From IMG/VR virus record IMGVR_UViG_3300031857_000002, positions 248,001-312,000 of that record: a stretch of DNA of 64,000 nt; one strand, 5' to 3'. The translations under genes were made by a program, and so were the position numbers. The notes under the pieces were generated by a model. That model made no database searches and was not told the DNA's origin. It saw only the letters and a list, made by a program, of their open reading frames with translations. Positions 37,293 to 47,501 of the stretch are shown in pieces. The first letter of the stretch is position 1. Every line of letters begins with the position of its first letter.

Positions 37293-38087
37293 ATGATGAA
37301 TTTTAATTTTGACTTAATTTCTGATTTACATATTGAAACCTGGTCTGAAGAAATAGATTGGACCGGCATTGCTACCAGCCCTGTGTGCGTGGTTGTTGGA
37401 GATATATCTAAGGACAGAAATATTGTAACCCGTGTGTTGACCAAACTTGGTCAATGTTATCAAGCTGTATTTTACATAGATGGCAACGACGAGCATCATG
37501 ATTACTTGCATAAACTTGGGTATAGTTACGCTGATCTAGTGAGCCGCGTTAACAACATACCCAATGTAGTTTATTTACAAGACAATGTTGTAGTAATTGA
37601 TGGAGTGGCTATCCTAGGTACCAATGGCTGGTGGGGGTTTGATTTTGATCTAGGAATCGACTATGTCAGCAGCCAAGAATGGTATCGTGAAAAATTTGGC
37701 TTGACTGCAGAAGCAACCCATGCAATATCTCGTATGGCCAACAATGATGCCATGTACATGATCAACTCAGTCAAGAGAATACAAACACACCAAGACGTTA
37801 AAAAGATTGTAATGATTACACATACTGTGCCAGATCCTGTGCTGATTGAACACGATATTGATCTAGAAGGCAAACTAAAGTTCAACACCATGGGCAACAG
37901 ATACATGAAACAGGTGTTAGAAGTTGATACTGAGAAAAAACTACATACCTGGTGTTTTGGACACTATCATGGTTCGATTGATCAAACTCGCAACGGCATC
38001 AGATATGTGAACAACTGTCGCGGCAGGGGTGACACACCTTATGGTAAACATGTGTACTACCCCTTGCGAATCACTGTGAGTTATTGA
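37293..38087 (+). CDS. calcineurin-like metallophosphoesterase
   Basis: SDLH, GD, GNDEH, THTVP, FGHYH. Confidence 0.88.
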   Translation: MMNFNFDLISDLHIETWSEEIDWTGIATSPVCVVVGDISKDRNIVTRVLTKLGQCYQAVFYIDGNDEHHDYLHKLGYSYADLVSRVNNIPNVVYLQDNVVVIDGVAILGTNGWWGFDFDLGIDYVSSQEWYREKFGLTAEATHAISRMANNDAMYMINSVKRIQTHQDVKKIVMITHTVPDPVLIEHDIDLEGKLKFNTMGNRYMKQVLEVDTEKKLHTWCFGHYHGSIDQTRNGIRYVNNCRGRGDTPYGKHVYYPLRITVSY

Positions 38088-38392
38088 ACAGTATCAGGCT
38101 CTAGCTTGATCTGAAGTGGATAGGCTTGAGCACGAGCACTTATAGTAACCTCAATACCTTTTTGTTCGGCAATCTCATAAGGCAACACAGCAACCACAGC
38201 TGATCCAGCTTCGTGGATGTCTTCGGTAATGGTCAAAGCCGTGTGTTCAGTATAGTTAAAAAATTCTACCAGACTTTCAACCACAAACTCCATGGTGGTT
38301 TGATTGTCGTTGAGATAGATTACCTTGTACATTGGTGGCTCTTTAACCTTTTCAGATGGTTTGATTTTTGTACGTGTATCTGCTTGAGACAT
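38081..38392 (-). CDS. clpS: Clp protease adaptor ClpS
   Basis: PPMYKVIYLND..TTMEFVV, IHEAG, YEIAEQK, YPL. Confidence 0.92.
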   Translation of the reverse strand: MSQADTRTKIKPSEKVKEPPMYKVIYLNDNQTTMEFVVESLVEFFNYTEHTALTITEDIHEAGSAVVAVLPYEIAEQKGIEVTISARAQAYPLQIKLEPDTVQ

Positions 38393-38406
38393 TGTGTTTC
38401 CTTAGG

Positions 38407-39069
38407 TTAGTGTGCGTGAATTTGCACGAGGTCTTTGTTGTTGAACTTTTTGTATTTTTTCCAATTGCCTGAGCAATGAATTTGTGATGCTTTGAAGAAT
38501 ATGCCACGGCCAGCTTGATATCTAAACACAGCATCTGGAGTAAGCCAGTCACCGAAATAAGTCTTGGTAAATGTTTCCATGGTGTGTTCGATATCTTCAG
38601 TTTCACTCCAGGTGTTTTTACGAGGATTAGCGTCACGGCCGCCCATGGCCCATGTCATGAACATTTCGTGCATGTGTTCACAGCTACGAGCTTCTTCTTG
38701 ATATAACACCGCACTGTGTTCTGGAATGTCATCCAGCGCCATGATAATTGTGTAGGTGGGGAACTCAGCGTAATCTTTGCAGTAGTCGTCAACGTGTAAA
38801 CTATGTGGATTAGTCTGGCGTTGATAGTTTGCCCAGATGTGACGCACATTGGGTAAGAATTGTCTAGTCACACGATCAATAATTTTGTGTACTTCATATT
38901 CTGGTTTGATTAGAATTCGATGATCAATCACTTGCCCTGGTTCAAACTCAGGGTGATTAGGAACGTACCCGTCAATCCAAGCTTCGCTTTGATGTTCATT
39001 ACGAAACTGCTTAAAGGCAGCAATTTCTTCTGCTGATATGATATTATCTACTATTTGTGCTCGAAACAT
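38407..39069 (-). CDS. 2OG-Fe(II) oxygenase-like protein
   Basis: IVDNIIS start, LHVD (HxD), IHCS; resembles 30972..31625. Confidence 0.6.
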   Translation of the reverse strand: MFRAQIVDNIISAEEIAAFKQFRNEHQSEAWIDGYVPNHPEFEPGQVIDHRILIKPEYEVHKIIDRVTRQFLPNVRHIWANYQRQTNPHSLHVDDYCKDYAEFPTYTIIMALDDIPEHSAVLYQEEARSCEHMHEMFMTWAMGGRDANPRKNTWSETEDIEHTMETFTKTYFGDWLTPDAVFRYQAGRGIFFKASQIHCSGNWKKYKKFNNKDLVQIHAH

Positions 39070-39121
39070 GTTTGTCCTAAAGTGGCAGCAATCTTGCTGC
39101 CACTGTATTTACACTATTATA

Positions 39122-39580
39122 TTAGGAAGTGTATGTGATAGCAATAGTCTTTGGCTTGGCTTCTTCAGGTATTTCACGCTTTAGGTGAATGCTTAGGATA
39201 CCAAGTTCAAGATGTGCTCCGGTAATTTCCACATGGTCCGCTAGTTGGAATTCTCTACGGAAACTACGCTCACTGATTCCTTTGTGCAGGTATTTTGCAG
39301 TCGAATCTTCATTCTCCACAGTTTCACGACTGTGCTTGCCTTCAATAACCAAGATTTTTTTATCCTTGGTCACTGACAGATTGTCGTAGCCAAAACCAGC
39401 CACAGCCACGCTGATCATGTACTCGTCATCATTGACTTGTACAATATCATAAGGTGGATAGTTTGTTGAGCTTTGTTGAGCATTTACACGCATGAGTTCA
39501 TCAAACATGTTATCAAACCCGATACCAAATTTGGTGAGTGCGGGAATGTCGAAAGAGCGAAGGGTGAGAGTTTTTGTCAT
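39122..39580 (-). CDS. small heat shock protein Hsp20 (IbpA-like)
   Basis: IGFD, NYPPYDI, AVAGF, YLHKGIS.RSF.REF.LA, GILSI.L. Confidence 0.95.
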   Translation of the reverse strand: MTKTLTLRSFDIPALTKFGIGFDNMFDELMRVNAQQSSTNYPPYDIVQVNDDEYMISVAVAGFGYDNLSVTKDKKILVIEGKHSRETVENEDSTAKYLHKGISERSFRREFQLADHVEITGAHLELGILSIHLKREIPEEAKPKTIAITYTS

Positions 39581-39640
39581 TTGTTTTCTCCTTTATTAAG
39601 CAAGATGACTTGTGATGTAGCCCCACTATGGGCACTACAA
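39581..39640 (-). promoter_or_regulatory. ROSE-like RNA thermometer in hsp20 leader
   Basis: UCUU-G-CUU-AAUA-AAGGAGA SD-sequestering hairpin with bulged G, plus upstream hairpin; TTGACA-17-TATAAA at 39646-39674. Confidence 0.6.
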
Positions 39641-39670
39641 ATATATTTATACAGGAAATCTCAACTGTTG

Positions 39671-39889
39671 TCAAGACTTTTCGATATTTTTTATTGTGTA
39701 ATCACATGCCGTCCAGGTCATGGTAAAAAGAGTAAAATGCTCTGGTTGATTTAGGCCAAGTCGATATTTTAAACCCTTGGCAACTTTGGTTGTGTAAGGT
39801 ACCTTGTGACGATTAGCCCAGGCACTGACTGTATCTTTGAGACTGTCAAAACTGTCCATGCTTGTGACAATGTCAAACTCTATGTACAT
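39671..39889 (-). CDS. hypothetical protein (FxxxW family)
   Basis: Contains RLGLNQPEHFTLFTMTW. Confidence 0.7.
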   Translation of the reverse strand: MYIEFDIVTSMDSFDSLKDTVSAWANRHKVPYTTKVAKGLKYRLGLNQPEHFTLFTMTWTACDYTIKNIEKS

Positions 39890-40113
39890 TAGAACTGTTT
39901 TTTAGGCAACTCTTGCTCACGTAGTTTTTTACGCCAACGTTGTTTGGCTGCTGATGCCTTGAGTTTGCGTTGAGTTGTGGGTTTGATATAAAATTCACGC
40001 TCTCTTAGATCATTTAACAATCCATCAGCTTGAATTTTCTTTTTGAATTTGCGCAATGCTTTTTCTACATTGCCATCTGTGACTAGTACCGATCTTCCGT
40101 GTAATTTTTCCAT
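39889..40113 (-). CDS. rpsU: 30S ribosomal protein S21
   Basis: NVEKALRKFKKK...LREREFYIKPT. Confidence 0.93.
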   Translation of the reverse strand: MEKLHGRSVLVTDGNVEKALRKFKKKIQADGLLNDLREREFYIKPTTQRKLKASAAKQRWRKKLREQELPKKQF

Positions 40114-40120
40114 AAATGCA

Positions 40121-41311
40121 TTAGAGCTCCTTAGGACTATTTACCAGGGCTTGATCAATATCTACGTGCTTAATTCCGTCTGTGCGATAACGTGCTAGAT
40201 TGTACATGTGCGGCAACAACACACGTTCTAGTTCTGAATGCAGGCCACGAGCGCCTGTTTTGTTTTTGATTGTGCGTTCTGCAATGAGATCCAGGCTGTC
40301 TGCAGTAAACTCAAGGTCAACTTCGTCTTGCTTGAACAACCACTGGTACTGACTTATGTAATTGTGCTTGACTTCATTAAGGATACGTACCAGGGCTGTT
40401 TTATCCAGCTCTTTGAGCGCAACCCAAGCAGGGAAGCGACCTACAAATTCTGGGATTAATCCAAATCGCACTAGGTCATCTGGCGTGGTCTTTGACAGGT
40501 GTAACTGCCCGTCTGTTTTGCTAGAAACTTCTGCACCAAATCCAATGTTGGTGCCTTGCACACGACTCTTGACAATGTTGTCTAGTCCAACAAATGCACC
40601 GCCTGCAATGAACAAGATGTTTGTGGTGTCAATTTCAATAGTGTCGCCCGACGGGTGTTTTCTGCCACCAGTGGGCATGACTCTACACTTGGTGCCTTCT
40701 ACCAGTTTGAGCAAGGCTTGTTGTACGCCCTCGCCTGACACATCTCTTGTGATACTGGTGCCTTCGCTCTTACGAGAGATCTTGTCAATCTCGTCCACAA
40801 ACACAATACCACGTTGTGTTTTGTCAACATCGCCGCCCGCGGCAGCATACAATCGACTGATCAAACTTTCAACATCATCGCCCACATAGCCTGCTTCTGT
40901 TAGGCTAGTAGCATCTGCAATCACAAATGGCACATCTAAATAACGTGCCACAGTTTTGGCCAGTAATGTTTTGCCTGACCCTGTTGGACCAAGCATGAGA
41001 ATGTTAGCTTTTTCAATTTCAGTGTTAGGGTCTTTGTTACGAATGCGTTTGTAGTGATTGGCAATGGCCACACTCAGCAACATCTTGGCATCGTCTTGTC
41101 CAATCACATATTGATCCAAATGCTTTCGAATTTCTCTTGGATCAAGATTGGGCGAAGCATCTGATATTTCAGGTTTATCTACCAACAGTGTTTGGCACAA
41201 GTCCACACACTCATTGCATATTGCAACACCTTCACCCACAATGAGTTTAGTCACTGTGTCTTTGTGTTTGTTACAAAAACTACAGGTGTCAAGATTATCG
41301 GATGTTTTCAT
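40121..41311 (-). CDS. clpX: ATP-dependent Clp protease ATP-binding subunit ClpX
   Basis: C4 zinc finger, [32 protein letters not shown] loop. Confidence 0.96.
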   Translation of the reverse strand: MKTSDNLDTCSFCNKHKDTVTKLIVGEGVAICNECVDLCQTLLVDKPEISDASPNLDPREIRKHLDQYVIGQDDAKMLLSVAIANHYKRIRNKDPNTEIEKANILMLGPTGSGKTLLAKTVARYLDVPFVIADATSLTEAGYVGDDVESLISRLYAAAGGDVDKTQRGIVFVDEIDKISRKSEGTSITRDVSGEGVQQALLKLVEGTKCRVMPTGGRKHPSGDTIEIDTTNILFIAGGAFVGLDNIVKSRVQGTNIGFGAEVSSKTDGQLHLSKTTPDDLVRFGLIPEFVGRFPAWVALKELDKTALVRILNEVKHNYISQYQWLFKQDEVDLEFTADSLDLIAERTIKNKTGARGLHSELERVLLPHMYNLARYRTDGIKHVDIDQALVNSPKEL

Positions 41312-42828
41312 GTATTATTTGTTTTGGTTTGTAAACGTTGTGCCACTTGTTCTTGTTCGCTGGCGCTGAGTAAGTCAACATCATATGTGCCACTATTGAT
41401 TTTGTCAATGAGGTGATCAATGTATGCTGTATCGTAAGTATAGTTATCTGCTGTGGCTTTGTCAACTAAAATCCAACGATTGCCGTTGAATTTGAACAAT
41501 TGATTTGGTGCTACATCTGTACGCACAAAACTGTCGCCACGTGCAGGAGCAGTAGGGAATGTGTTACCAAAGCTGGAGTTAGGGGCAGGCTTGAGATACT
41601 GCATCCATGGTAGCTCTGTTATCTCGCCACGCTCTAACATGTTGCGTTGACCCTTTAGTGTTTCGCCTGGATTGAGCTCTTTCCAGTGTTGCATTGCCGC
41701 TTTTTCTTCTGGCGTGCCGTAGTCGATAATTTCTGTTTCAAAACTAGGCATGTCAACATACACTGGTTCGCCGATGGGCTCAGATTTAGCAACCATGGGT
41801 TTGAGATTTTCAAAATGTACAAACGGCTTGTCTAAGTACGCATGGCGGCCGCGGTCAAACTCTGTTTTTAATTCTTCTACTTCTTCTTCAGTTGAAGGAT
41901 ATGTTGTTGTGGTAGTGTTGTACATCCAACCTGGTGGTGATGGATCTGTGCGTATCATCCAGTCTGGATGGTCTTGGGCCACTGTTTGTTTTATCTGATC
42001 AATCTGCTCAGTAGTCAATGGACCATCGTCTGGGGGATATGCAGGCTCGTCGTGTACAAATCCACCCCGGCCTTGTCGTGCCCATTCAAACTGTTTGTTA
42101 GCGGCAAGAATGAGTGTGAGTGCTAGTGGATCAAACACCAGCACAATCATGATAATAACAAGACGTACTGCTTTTTCTAACACATTGGCATCTGGATTAT
42201 CACCGTAAACCAGGGCCGCAATGTATTTTACAGGACCAACCTCGGCTTCAATCTTGCGGAACTCTGCTGCCAGCGGCGCCCGTTCTTCACTAAGCGTAGT
42301 AATCGTTTTTTGCTCGGCCGAGATTTCAGCAAGGAGACGCCCACGTTCCTTTTGTTGAGACCTACGGAGAGCCACGGACTTATCTGCCCCCGTTTCTGAT
42401 GTACTTCGGCCCATGACTTGGTCAACTGCCTCATCCATCTGTTTAAGCGCCTTGCGGTTAACATCTATATTTTCCTTTGCAATCTTAATTTTTTCATCAT
42501 ATATAGCAACCTTGCTTATAGAGTCACCAGACACTAGACTTTGATCACTGTGTGCCTTTGACAAGTATCCAAAAATACCCATTGATGTCAACAACATAAG
42601 GAATGCCACAGCAGGTATTAAGTATGCTTTGAATGCCCACCCTGCTCGTTTCCAGTTGTTGTGCAACCACACAGTGGCCACAATCTTGCCAAGCTCTAAA
42701 CTGCCACCCATGATGATCACAGGTATGGTTGCAGCCGAGAAAATGGCTGTGAGGCCTGCTACTGAATAATAGGCAGCCACAATGCTCAGTAGCAGAGCTG
42801 TGGCCAATATGCTGAAACCAAATATCAT
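41308..42828 (-). CDS. membrane protein with coiled-coil region
   Basis: Three N-terminal TM helices, coiled coil, further TM (VFDPLA). Confidence 0.8.
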   Translation of the reverse strand: MIFGFSILATALLLSIVAAYYSVAGLTAIFSAATIPVIIMGGSLELGKIVATVWLHNNWKRAGWAFKAYLIPAVAFLMLLTSMGIFGYLSKAHSDQSLVSGDSISKVAIYDEKIKIAKENIDVNRKALKQMDEAVDQVMGRSTSETGADKSVALRRSQQKERGRLLAEISAEQKTITTLSEERAPLAAEFRKIEAEVGPVKYIAALVYGDNPDANVLEKAVRLVIIMIVLVFDPLALTLILAANKQFEWARQGRGGFVHDEPAYPPDDGPLTTEQIDQIKQTVAQDHPDWMIRTDPSPPGWMYNTTTTTYPSTEEEVEELKTEFDRGRHAYLDKPFVHFENLKPMVAKSEPIGEPVYVDMPSFETEIIDYGTPEEKAAMQHWKELNPGETLKGQRNMLERGEITELPWMQYLKPAPNSSFGNTFPTAPARGDSFVRTDVAPNQLFKFNGNRWILVDKATADNYTYDTAYIDHLIDKINSGTYDVDLLSASEQEQVAQRLQTKTNNT

Positions 42829-42833
42829 AGTCT

Positions 42834-43154
42834 TTATTTACCGGGATTTTTTACCACTATCACAGCGTGTTTAACTGCGCACCAGGTAGCAAACGACGGA
42901 TCTGGCACTTCAAACCAAACGTAATTTTCTACACGATTTCTTTCCCACGCAAACTTTTCTAGTTTGCGTCGTACTCTAGGCTGGCCTTTCCAGCCATTGT
43001 GACCATATAGTGTAGTAGCTTCTTTCATGATTGCGTACCAAGTTTCGGTATCACGCAAATCAAACCAAATACGGTGCATGACCAAGGGCGTTGATTCAAG
43101 CGAGCTGAGTGACGCAGACATACTCGACGCAGAGGTCTCTGTTTCAACAGACAT
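42834..43154 (-). CDS. hypothetical protein
   Basis: AAAGGA RBS; ends VWFEVPDPSFATWCAVKH. Confidence 0.7.
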   Translation of the reverse strand: MSVETETSASSMSASLSSLESTPLVMHRIWFDLRDTETWYAIMKEATTLYGHNGWKGQPRVRRKLEKFAWERNRVENYVWFEVPDPSFATWCAVKHAVIVVKNPGK

Positions 43155-43187
43155 TAAAAATATCCTTTCACTGTGTTAATCCCTAAT

Positions 43188-43333
43188 GAGCATACTCCCG
43201 GGTATCAATCGGGGTTTGGACGAATCCAGGGACAGTGTCGCAACCTATGTGACTGACGTTCACATGCCACGGTAGTAGCAGGCCTAGGAACCCCACCACA
43301 CCATTGAACAGCACCATCTCCCTGATCATGCTC
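43188..43333 (-). ncRNA. candidate structured RNA
   Basis: Own TTGACA-17-TATAAT (43338-43366); several stems including TGGA-TTCG-TCCA. Confidence 0.5.
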
Positions 43334-43379
43334 TATAATTATAACAACATGATCCAGTGCTGTCAACAAGTCTGGCTAA

Positions 43380-43862
43380 TTACGTTGGAAATGGCCAATT
43401 ATTGCTGGCAATGGGGCGAGTCTTTAGTTTAATATTTTCTTCGATCACAGTGCCATCTTCATCGCACAGATCAACTTGGTATGGTGCAATGACGTGTACT
43501 GCGGCATCTTCTTCCTGCCATTCGTGTTCACCATCATACAACCAACCTGCACCACCTTCGTAGTAGGCTTCTTTTAACTCTTGTTGCTCTAGTTCTGTGA
43601 CGTCATCGCTGAATTCCCATTCAATACTGACGCTGTCATCAAACTCACAACCCCACCCTGCGTCTGTTCGAGCATAGGCAACAGGGTCGCCTTCCCAGGG
43701 TAGATTGCAATCTAGGTCTTCTTCAATAAAACCTTGTCCCCAACGATATGTTTCGTCGATGTTGAACCAACTGACGCTATCATCGGGGTTCCTACGATAC
43801 ATTTCTACATGGTAGACAATGCTTTTCTTTTGCAGTGGTTTGATTAGATATACAGTAGACAT
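43380..43862 (-). CDS. acidic hypothetical protein
   Basis: Long ORF in operon. Confidence 0.75.
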   Translation of the reverse strand: MSTVYLIKPLQKKSIVYHVEMYRRNPDDSVSWFNIDETYRWGQGFIEEDLDCNLPWEGDPVAYARTDAGWGCEFDDSVSIEWEFSDDVTELEQQELKEAYYEGGAGWLYDGEHEWQEEDAAVHVIAPYQVDLCDEDGTVIEENIKLKTRPIASNNWPFPT

Positions 43863-43864
43863 GT

Positions 43865-44560
43865 TTATTTCCGGTCACCAAACAACTGCAACAAGTTCAA
43901 GAACAAGTTGATAAAGTCCATGTACAAGGTCAGTGCTCCGCGCACTTCTGCTGAATCGTTGGTCTCTATACTCAGTTCCTCACGGATTTTCTGAGTGTCA
44001 TAAGCGGTTAAGCCAAGAAAGATGATAATAGCTAGGGCAGAGATCACCATCTGCATCACTGTTGATCCGATAAAGATATTCACAATGCTAGCAATCACAA
44101 TGGCAATCAAGCCCACAAACATAAACTTACCAACACTGTCTAGACTCTGTTTAGTAAAGTAGCCATAGCCGCTCATTACGCCAAACAAGATGCCTGCACC
44201 CATGAAAGCACTCACAATCGATCCCATGGTAAACACAGCAAAGATCATGGCAAAGCTCAGACCCATCAATGCCGCAAAACCATGTAGGCATAACTGTGCC
44301 ACACCCTTGCTGGGGTTATTGGCCAGCACATAGCCTACACCAAAGATGGCTGCCAGTGGTGAAAAGATCACAATCCATTTCAACCAACCTGTAAAAAAGA
44401 ATGCCAGCAACTCTGGACTGGATCCCACAAAGTAACTCACAAACATCGATACAATCACAGCCAGACTCATGTGTCCATACACACGACCCATTGCTGAGTT
44501 AACTTCGCTTGCAGAACGATAAGCACCGCTATTATAAGTTGTTTCAAACATGTTAATCAT
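43865..44560 (-). CDS. Bax inhibitor-1/YccA family membrane protein
   Basis: About 7 TM helices; AYDTQKI, GALTLYMDFINLF. Confidence 0.92.
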   Translation of the reverse strand: MINMFETTYNSGAYRSASEVNSAMGRVYGHMSLAVIVSMFVSYFVGSSPELLAFFFTGWLKWIVIFSPLAAIFGVGYVLANNPSKGVAQLCLHGFAALMGLSFAMIFAVFTMGSIVSAFMGAGILFGVMSGYGYFTKQSLDSVGKFMFVGLIAIVIASIVNIFIGSTVMQMVISALAIIIFLGLTAYDTQKIREELSIETNDSAEVRGALTLYMDFINLFLNLLQLFGDRK

Positions 44561-44765
44561 CCCTTTCCATTTCTGTAGTTTCCTTGATCAAGGCCTGCAG
44601 TTGTTCCAGAGTAGGAACCATGAGTTTGACTGTTTTGTAATCACCCTCACTGTCGCGACCCGACACTTCAATCATGTACGCATTGTCGTACATGTACACT
44701 GTGAACGATTCATTGGCCTTGGCCAACTTGTCGCTGATTTTATTTACTGTTTTAGTCTTTGCCAT
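44553..44765 (-). CDS. hypothetical protein
   Basis: AGGA RBS, coupled ORF. Confidence 0.75.
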   Translation of the reverse strand: MAKTKTVNKISDKLAKANESFTVYMYDNAYMIEVSGRDSEGDYKTVKLMVPTLEQLQALIKETTEMERDD

Positions 44766-44982
44766 TTTGTTTTCCTATTGTTTCTGGTGCGTGATCTAAC
44801 ACATCGTTATATTCGTCACGATAAAAATATGCATCTTCATCGTTAATAGTAACTGTCAAGTCACTATGTCGTAAATCATAATCAACAAAATTATGATTGT
44901 CATCGTACACACGAAATACAGTTTGTCCTGTAAATATCTGTATCAAGTGTCCAGTAACACCGTTGGCTGATTGTGTTTTCAA
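44752..44982 (-). CDS. hypothetical protein
   Basis: GGAG RBS, TTG start overlapping the ligase stop. Confidence 0.65.
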   Translation of the reverse strand: MKTQSANGVTGHLIQIFTGQTVFRVYDDNHNFVDYDLRHSDLTVTINDEDAYFYRDEYNDVLDHAPETIGKQNGKD

Positions 44983-46352
44983 AGTTTCTCTCCTGGTTCA
45001 AATCCGCGGAATCGCACAAAGCGAGGAAATCTCAAACTGTATGATCCGTCTTGGTTTTGAGTAACTGCGTCCGCTTCAACCTCAACCACCCGATCAAGAA
45101 GCTCATTGCGAGCGGCCCAATACTCATCGCGATTGCTATCAGACAAACCGCTACCAACATTAACACGAATAGTTCTGTCATTGTCTTCTCCTTCACAAAT
45201 TATAGCACCCAGGCGGCCTAGATTGCGACCAGTACCTTCCTCAAATCCCACAATATTCAAATCAACTGTGATTGTGGGTTTCCATTTCATCCAGAAGTCC
45301 GAACGTTTGCACTCATAAGGTGCATCCATGCTCTTGATCATGATACCTTCGTAGCCTTCTTCTACCGAAGCTTCGGCAAATCGGCGCATGACGTCATGAC
45401 CTTCAGCTGTGTCCAAGTCCACATCCATACCTGGCATCACACGCACACAACCATTTTCTGGCAGGTGTGCTTGTGTACGTTTCAACAAGTCAATGCGTTT
45501 GTGTTGCTGTAGATTACAGAAGCCTTCGCGGAACTCACTTAGTGGTAAAATGTCAAACACATGATAAACCATGTCTGCGGTTTTGGCATCTCGTTTGCGT
45601 TGTGCTTGCTTCATCAAGTCCTGGAAGTTCTTGCCCACAATCTCACCATCCAACACAAACTGTCCACCAAAGGCAGAATCACGCTGGAATGCTTTGCGAT
45701 GTTCTTCGATAAAGTCTGCAATCTGTGGGAAGTTCTCAAACTCTTTGCCATTACGGCTGTACAATGTACAAGCAGATCCATTTACAACTGCCAACACACG
45801 TACACCATCAAGTTTGACTTCCAGGCGTTTGATACCTTTGAGCTTTTTAGGTTGGTCTGTGGAGTCCTGTGCTAGTTGGCAACTGAACACAGGAATCTTC
45901 CATTCAGTTTTGCCCAGCACTTTGTTGAGTGTTTTTTCAGAGATACCGCATCTCAAGTCCTTGATTAACACACGACGGGCTAGACCATTCCACTCTTCAG
46001 AGTCAAACATTTGACTGCAAGTTTCAATTGCTTCTCTTGCACGATTACCAGTGATACTACGAGTGCGTAGGCTTTCTAACAAGGCCCAAAATCCAGGCCA
46101 ATGATTTGGTTGGCCAGTCAAACCTTCAGTCTCAGGCACTTGCCGGATGCCAAACACATAGAAAGGATTGTAGGCTTGATAGCAGTTGAACAAGAAAGCC
46201 TGTGCGTCAGCACTGCCTAGTTTGGATGCCATCAAAGCCTTTTCGATTGTTTTTTCTTTGTGTATGCGGCTGTCCGAACTTTCTAAGTCGCGGATCCAAC
46301 CTGCTGCCATTACACCCGAGAACCTTGGGTCTGAGAAGTTTGTTTCATTCAT
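44979..46352 (-). CDS. ATP-dependent DNA ligase
   Basis: EVKLDGVR, SRNG, LDGEI, EGIMIK, WMKWK, SLRFPRF. Confidence 0.95.
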   Translation of the reverse strand: MNETNFSDPRFSGVMAAGWIRDLESSDSRIHKEKTIEKALMASKLGSADAQAFLFNCYQAYNPFYVFGIRQVPETEGLTGQPNHWPGFWALLESLRTRSITGNRAREAIETCSQMFDSEEWNGLARRVLIKDLRCGISEKTLNKVLGKTEWKIPVFSCQLAQDSTDQPKKLKGIKRLEVKLDGVRVLAVVNGSACTLYSRNGKEFENFPQIADFIEEHRKAFQRDSAFGGQFVLDGEIVGKNFQDLMKQAQRKRDAKTADMVYHVFDILPLSEFREGFCNLQQHKRIDLLKRTQAHLPENGCVRVMPGMDVDLDTAEGHDVMRRFAEASVEEGYEGIMIKSMDAPYECKRSDFWMKWKPTITVDLNIVGFEEGTGRNLGRLGAIICEGEDNDRTIRVNVGSGLSDSNRDEYWAARNELLDRVVEVEADAVTQNQDGSYSLRFPRFVRFRGFEPGEKL

Positions 46353-46364
46353 ATATTTAATCCG

Positions 46365-46772
46365 TTACCATGAACTATTATAAAACACTTTGAGTCCCAT
46401 GAACAACTCTGCACGAGCATTTTTAATGAACTCAAGATCGTCTTTACGGTAGTGCTCGTCTGCGTCGTTGCCAAAGAAGAATCCTGATGTACCGGGCAAG
46501 GTGCCTGCAATGACATCAAGTTCTAGTCGTTCAAGATCATCATATGTTAGCTCAAGCTCGTCACCATTGAAGTCGCCCGAGTTGCCTTGACTCTCCCACA
46601 ACTGTTGCATCCAGCCATGCAGGTTAGGATGTTTACGCCAGTAAGCAATCTCACGTGGCTTGGTCACAGGCGAGATAAGTTCTTTTGAATCGTTGTCCCA
46701 ATTGGCGGTGTCGTAGTATTCTTTTTGTTGGCCTGCACGAGCGGCCACGTATGCATACATATCAAGACCCAT
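46365..46772 (-). CDS. conserved phage protein (MGLDMY...YWRKH family)
   Basis: MGLDMY, YWRKHPNLHGW, GFFFG, YNSSW. Confidence 0.8.
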   Translation of the reverse strand: MGLDMYAYVAARAGQQKEYYDTANWDNDSKELISPVTKPREIAYWRKHPNLHGWMQQLWESQGNSGDFNGDELELTYDDLERLELDVIAGTLPGTSGFFFGNDADEHYRKDDLEFIKNARAELFMGLKVFYNSSW

Positions 46773-47044
46773 TACGCGGCCTCCAACATATTGGCCGGTA
46801 CATTGAACAGGCCGCCTGGTGTGTTAACCAGCACAAATTTGATTTTGACTTTGCGCACGGTGCCAACGTATGTTAGGCCGTTGCGGTTGCTGGTGAACTT
46901 TACAGAGTCACCAATTGAAAAACTACGTTTCTTTTGTTGGGTGAGTTGCGCACGGGCAAACTTCACCGCATCAATCACTGTGGACAGTTCGTCGTTGGTG
47001 AGATTACCAAACATGATAGCAGAGTTAATTTCTTTGACATTCAT
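46772..47044 (-). CDS. hypothetical early protein (SH3/KOW-like C-terminus)
   Basis: IGDSVKF...GTVRKV; behind a promoter repeat. Confidence 0.75.
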   Translation of the reverse strand: MNVKEINSAIMFGNLTNDELSTVIDAVKFARAQLTQQKKRSFSIGDSVKFTSNRNGLTYVGTVRKVKIKFVLVNTPGGLFNVPANMLEAA

Positions 47045-47050
47045 TTCAGG

Positions 47051-47102
47051 CTCCTTTTAGTTACTATACAAGTATTATAGCAAAATGGGATTTATTGGTC
47101 AA
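47051..47102 (-). repeat. promoter-leader repeat copy 4
   Basis: TTGACC (47097-102)-17-TATAAT (47074-79)-ACTTGTATAGTAACTAAAAGGAG. Confidence 0.92.
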
Positions 47103-47108
47103 TCAAAC

Positions 47109-47495
47109 TTATACAGTTTGGTTTGCTACAAGTCGACGGATGCGTTGACCCATGTCCTCGGGCGTGTCGCCTTTGCCTGTGAGCATGTAGGCAGTGTACT
47201 CCACCATGTCGGCCTGTTTGAACTCCAAGGCAATACCCAAGTTCCGGAACACAAGGTTGACTTGTTTAAGAGTTTCTTCCACTGTTTTTTGTACAATGTC
47301 TAAGTGATCGGGGTCAACTTCGTCTTGCTCGTAGCCCATGTCACCTAACACGTCGTGAAAGGCTATTTGGTCATCCATAATGCAGAACTTGCCAAAAGCC
47401 TTGTTCAGGGTTTCGTCGCCAAAGTCCTCAATGTGCTCTCCAATGTCGTTGCTGTCAATCCAGGAAAGTTCTGTCTGTTTTGTGTATGTGTGCAT
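47109..47495 (-). CDS. acidic hypothetical early protein
   Basis: Single-gene cassette between repeats. Confidence 0.75.
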   Translation of the reverse strand: MHTYTKQTELSWIDSNDIGEHIEDFGDETLNKAFGKFCIMDDQIAFHDVLGDMGYEQDEVDPDHLDIVQKTVEETLKQVNLVFRNLGIALEFKQADMVEYTAYMLTGKGDTPEDMGQRIRRLVANQTV

Positions 47496-47501
47496 TGTTG
47501 G

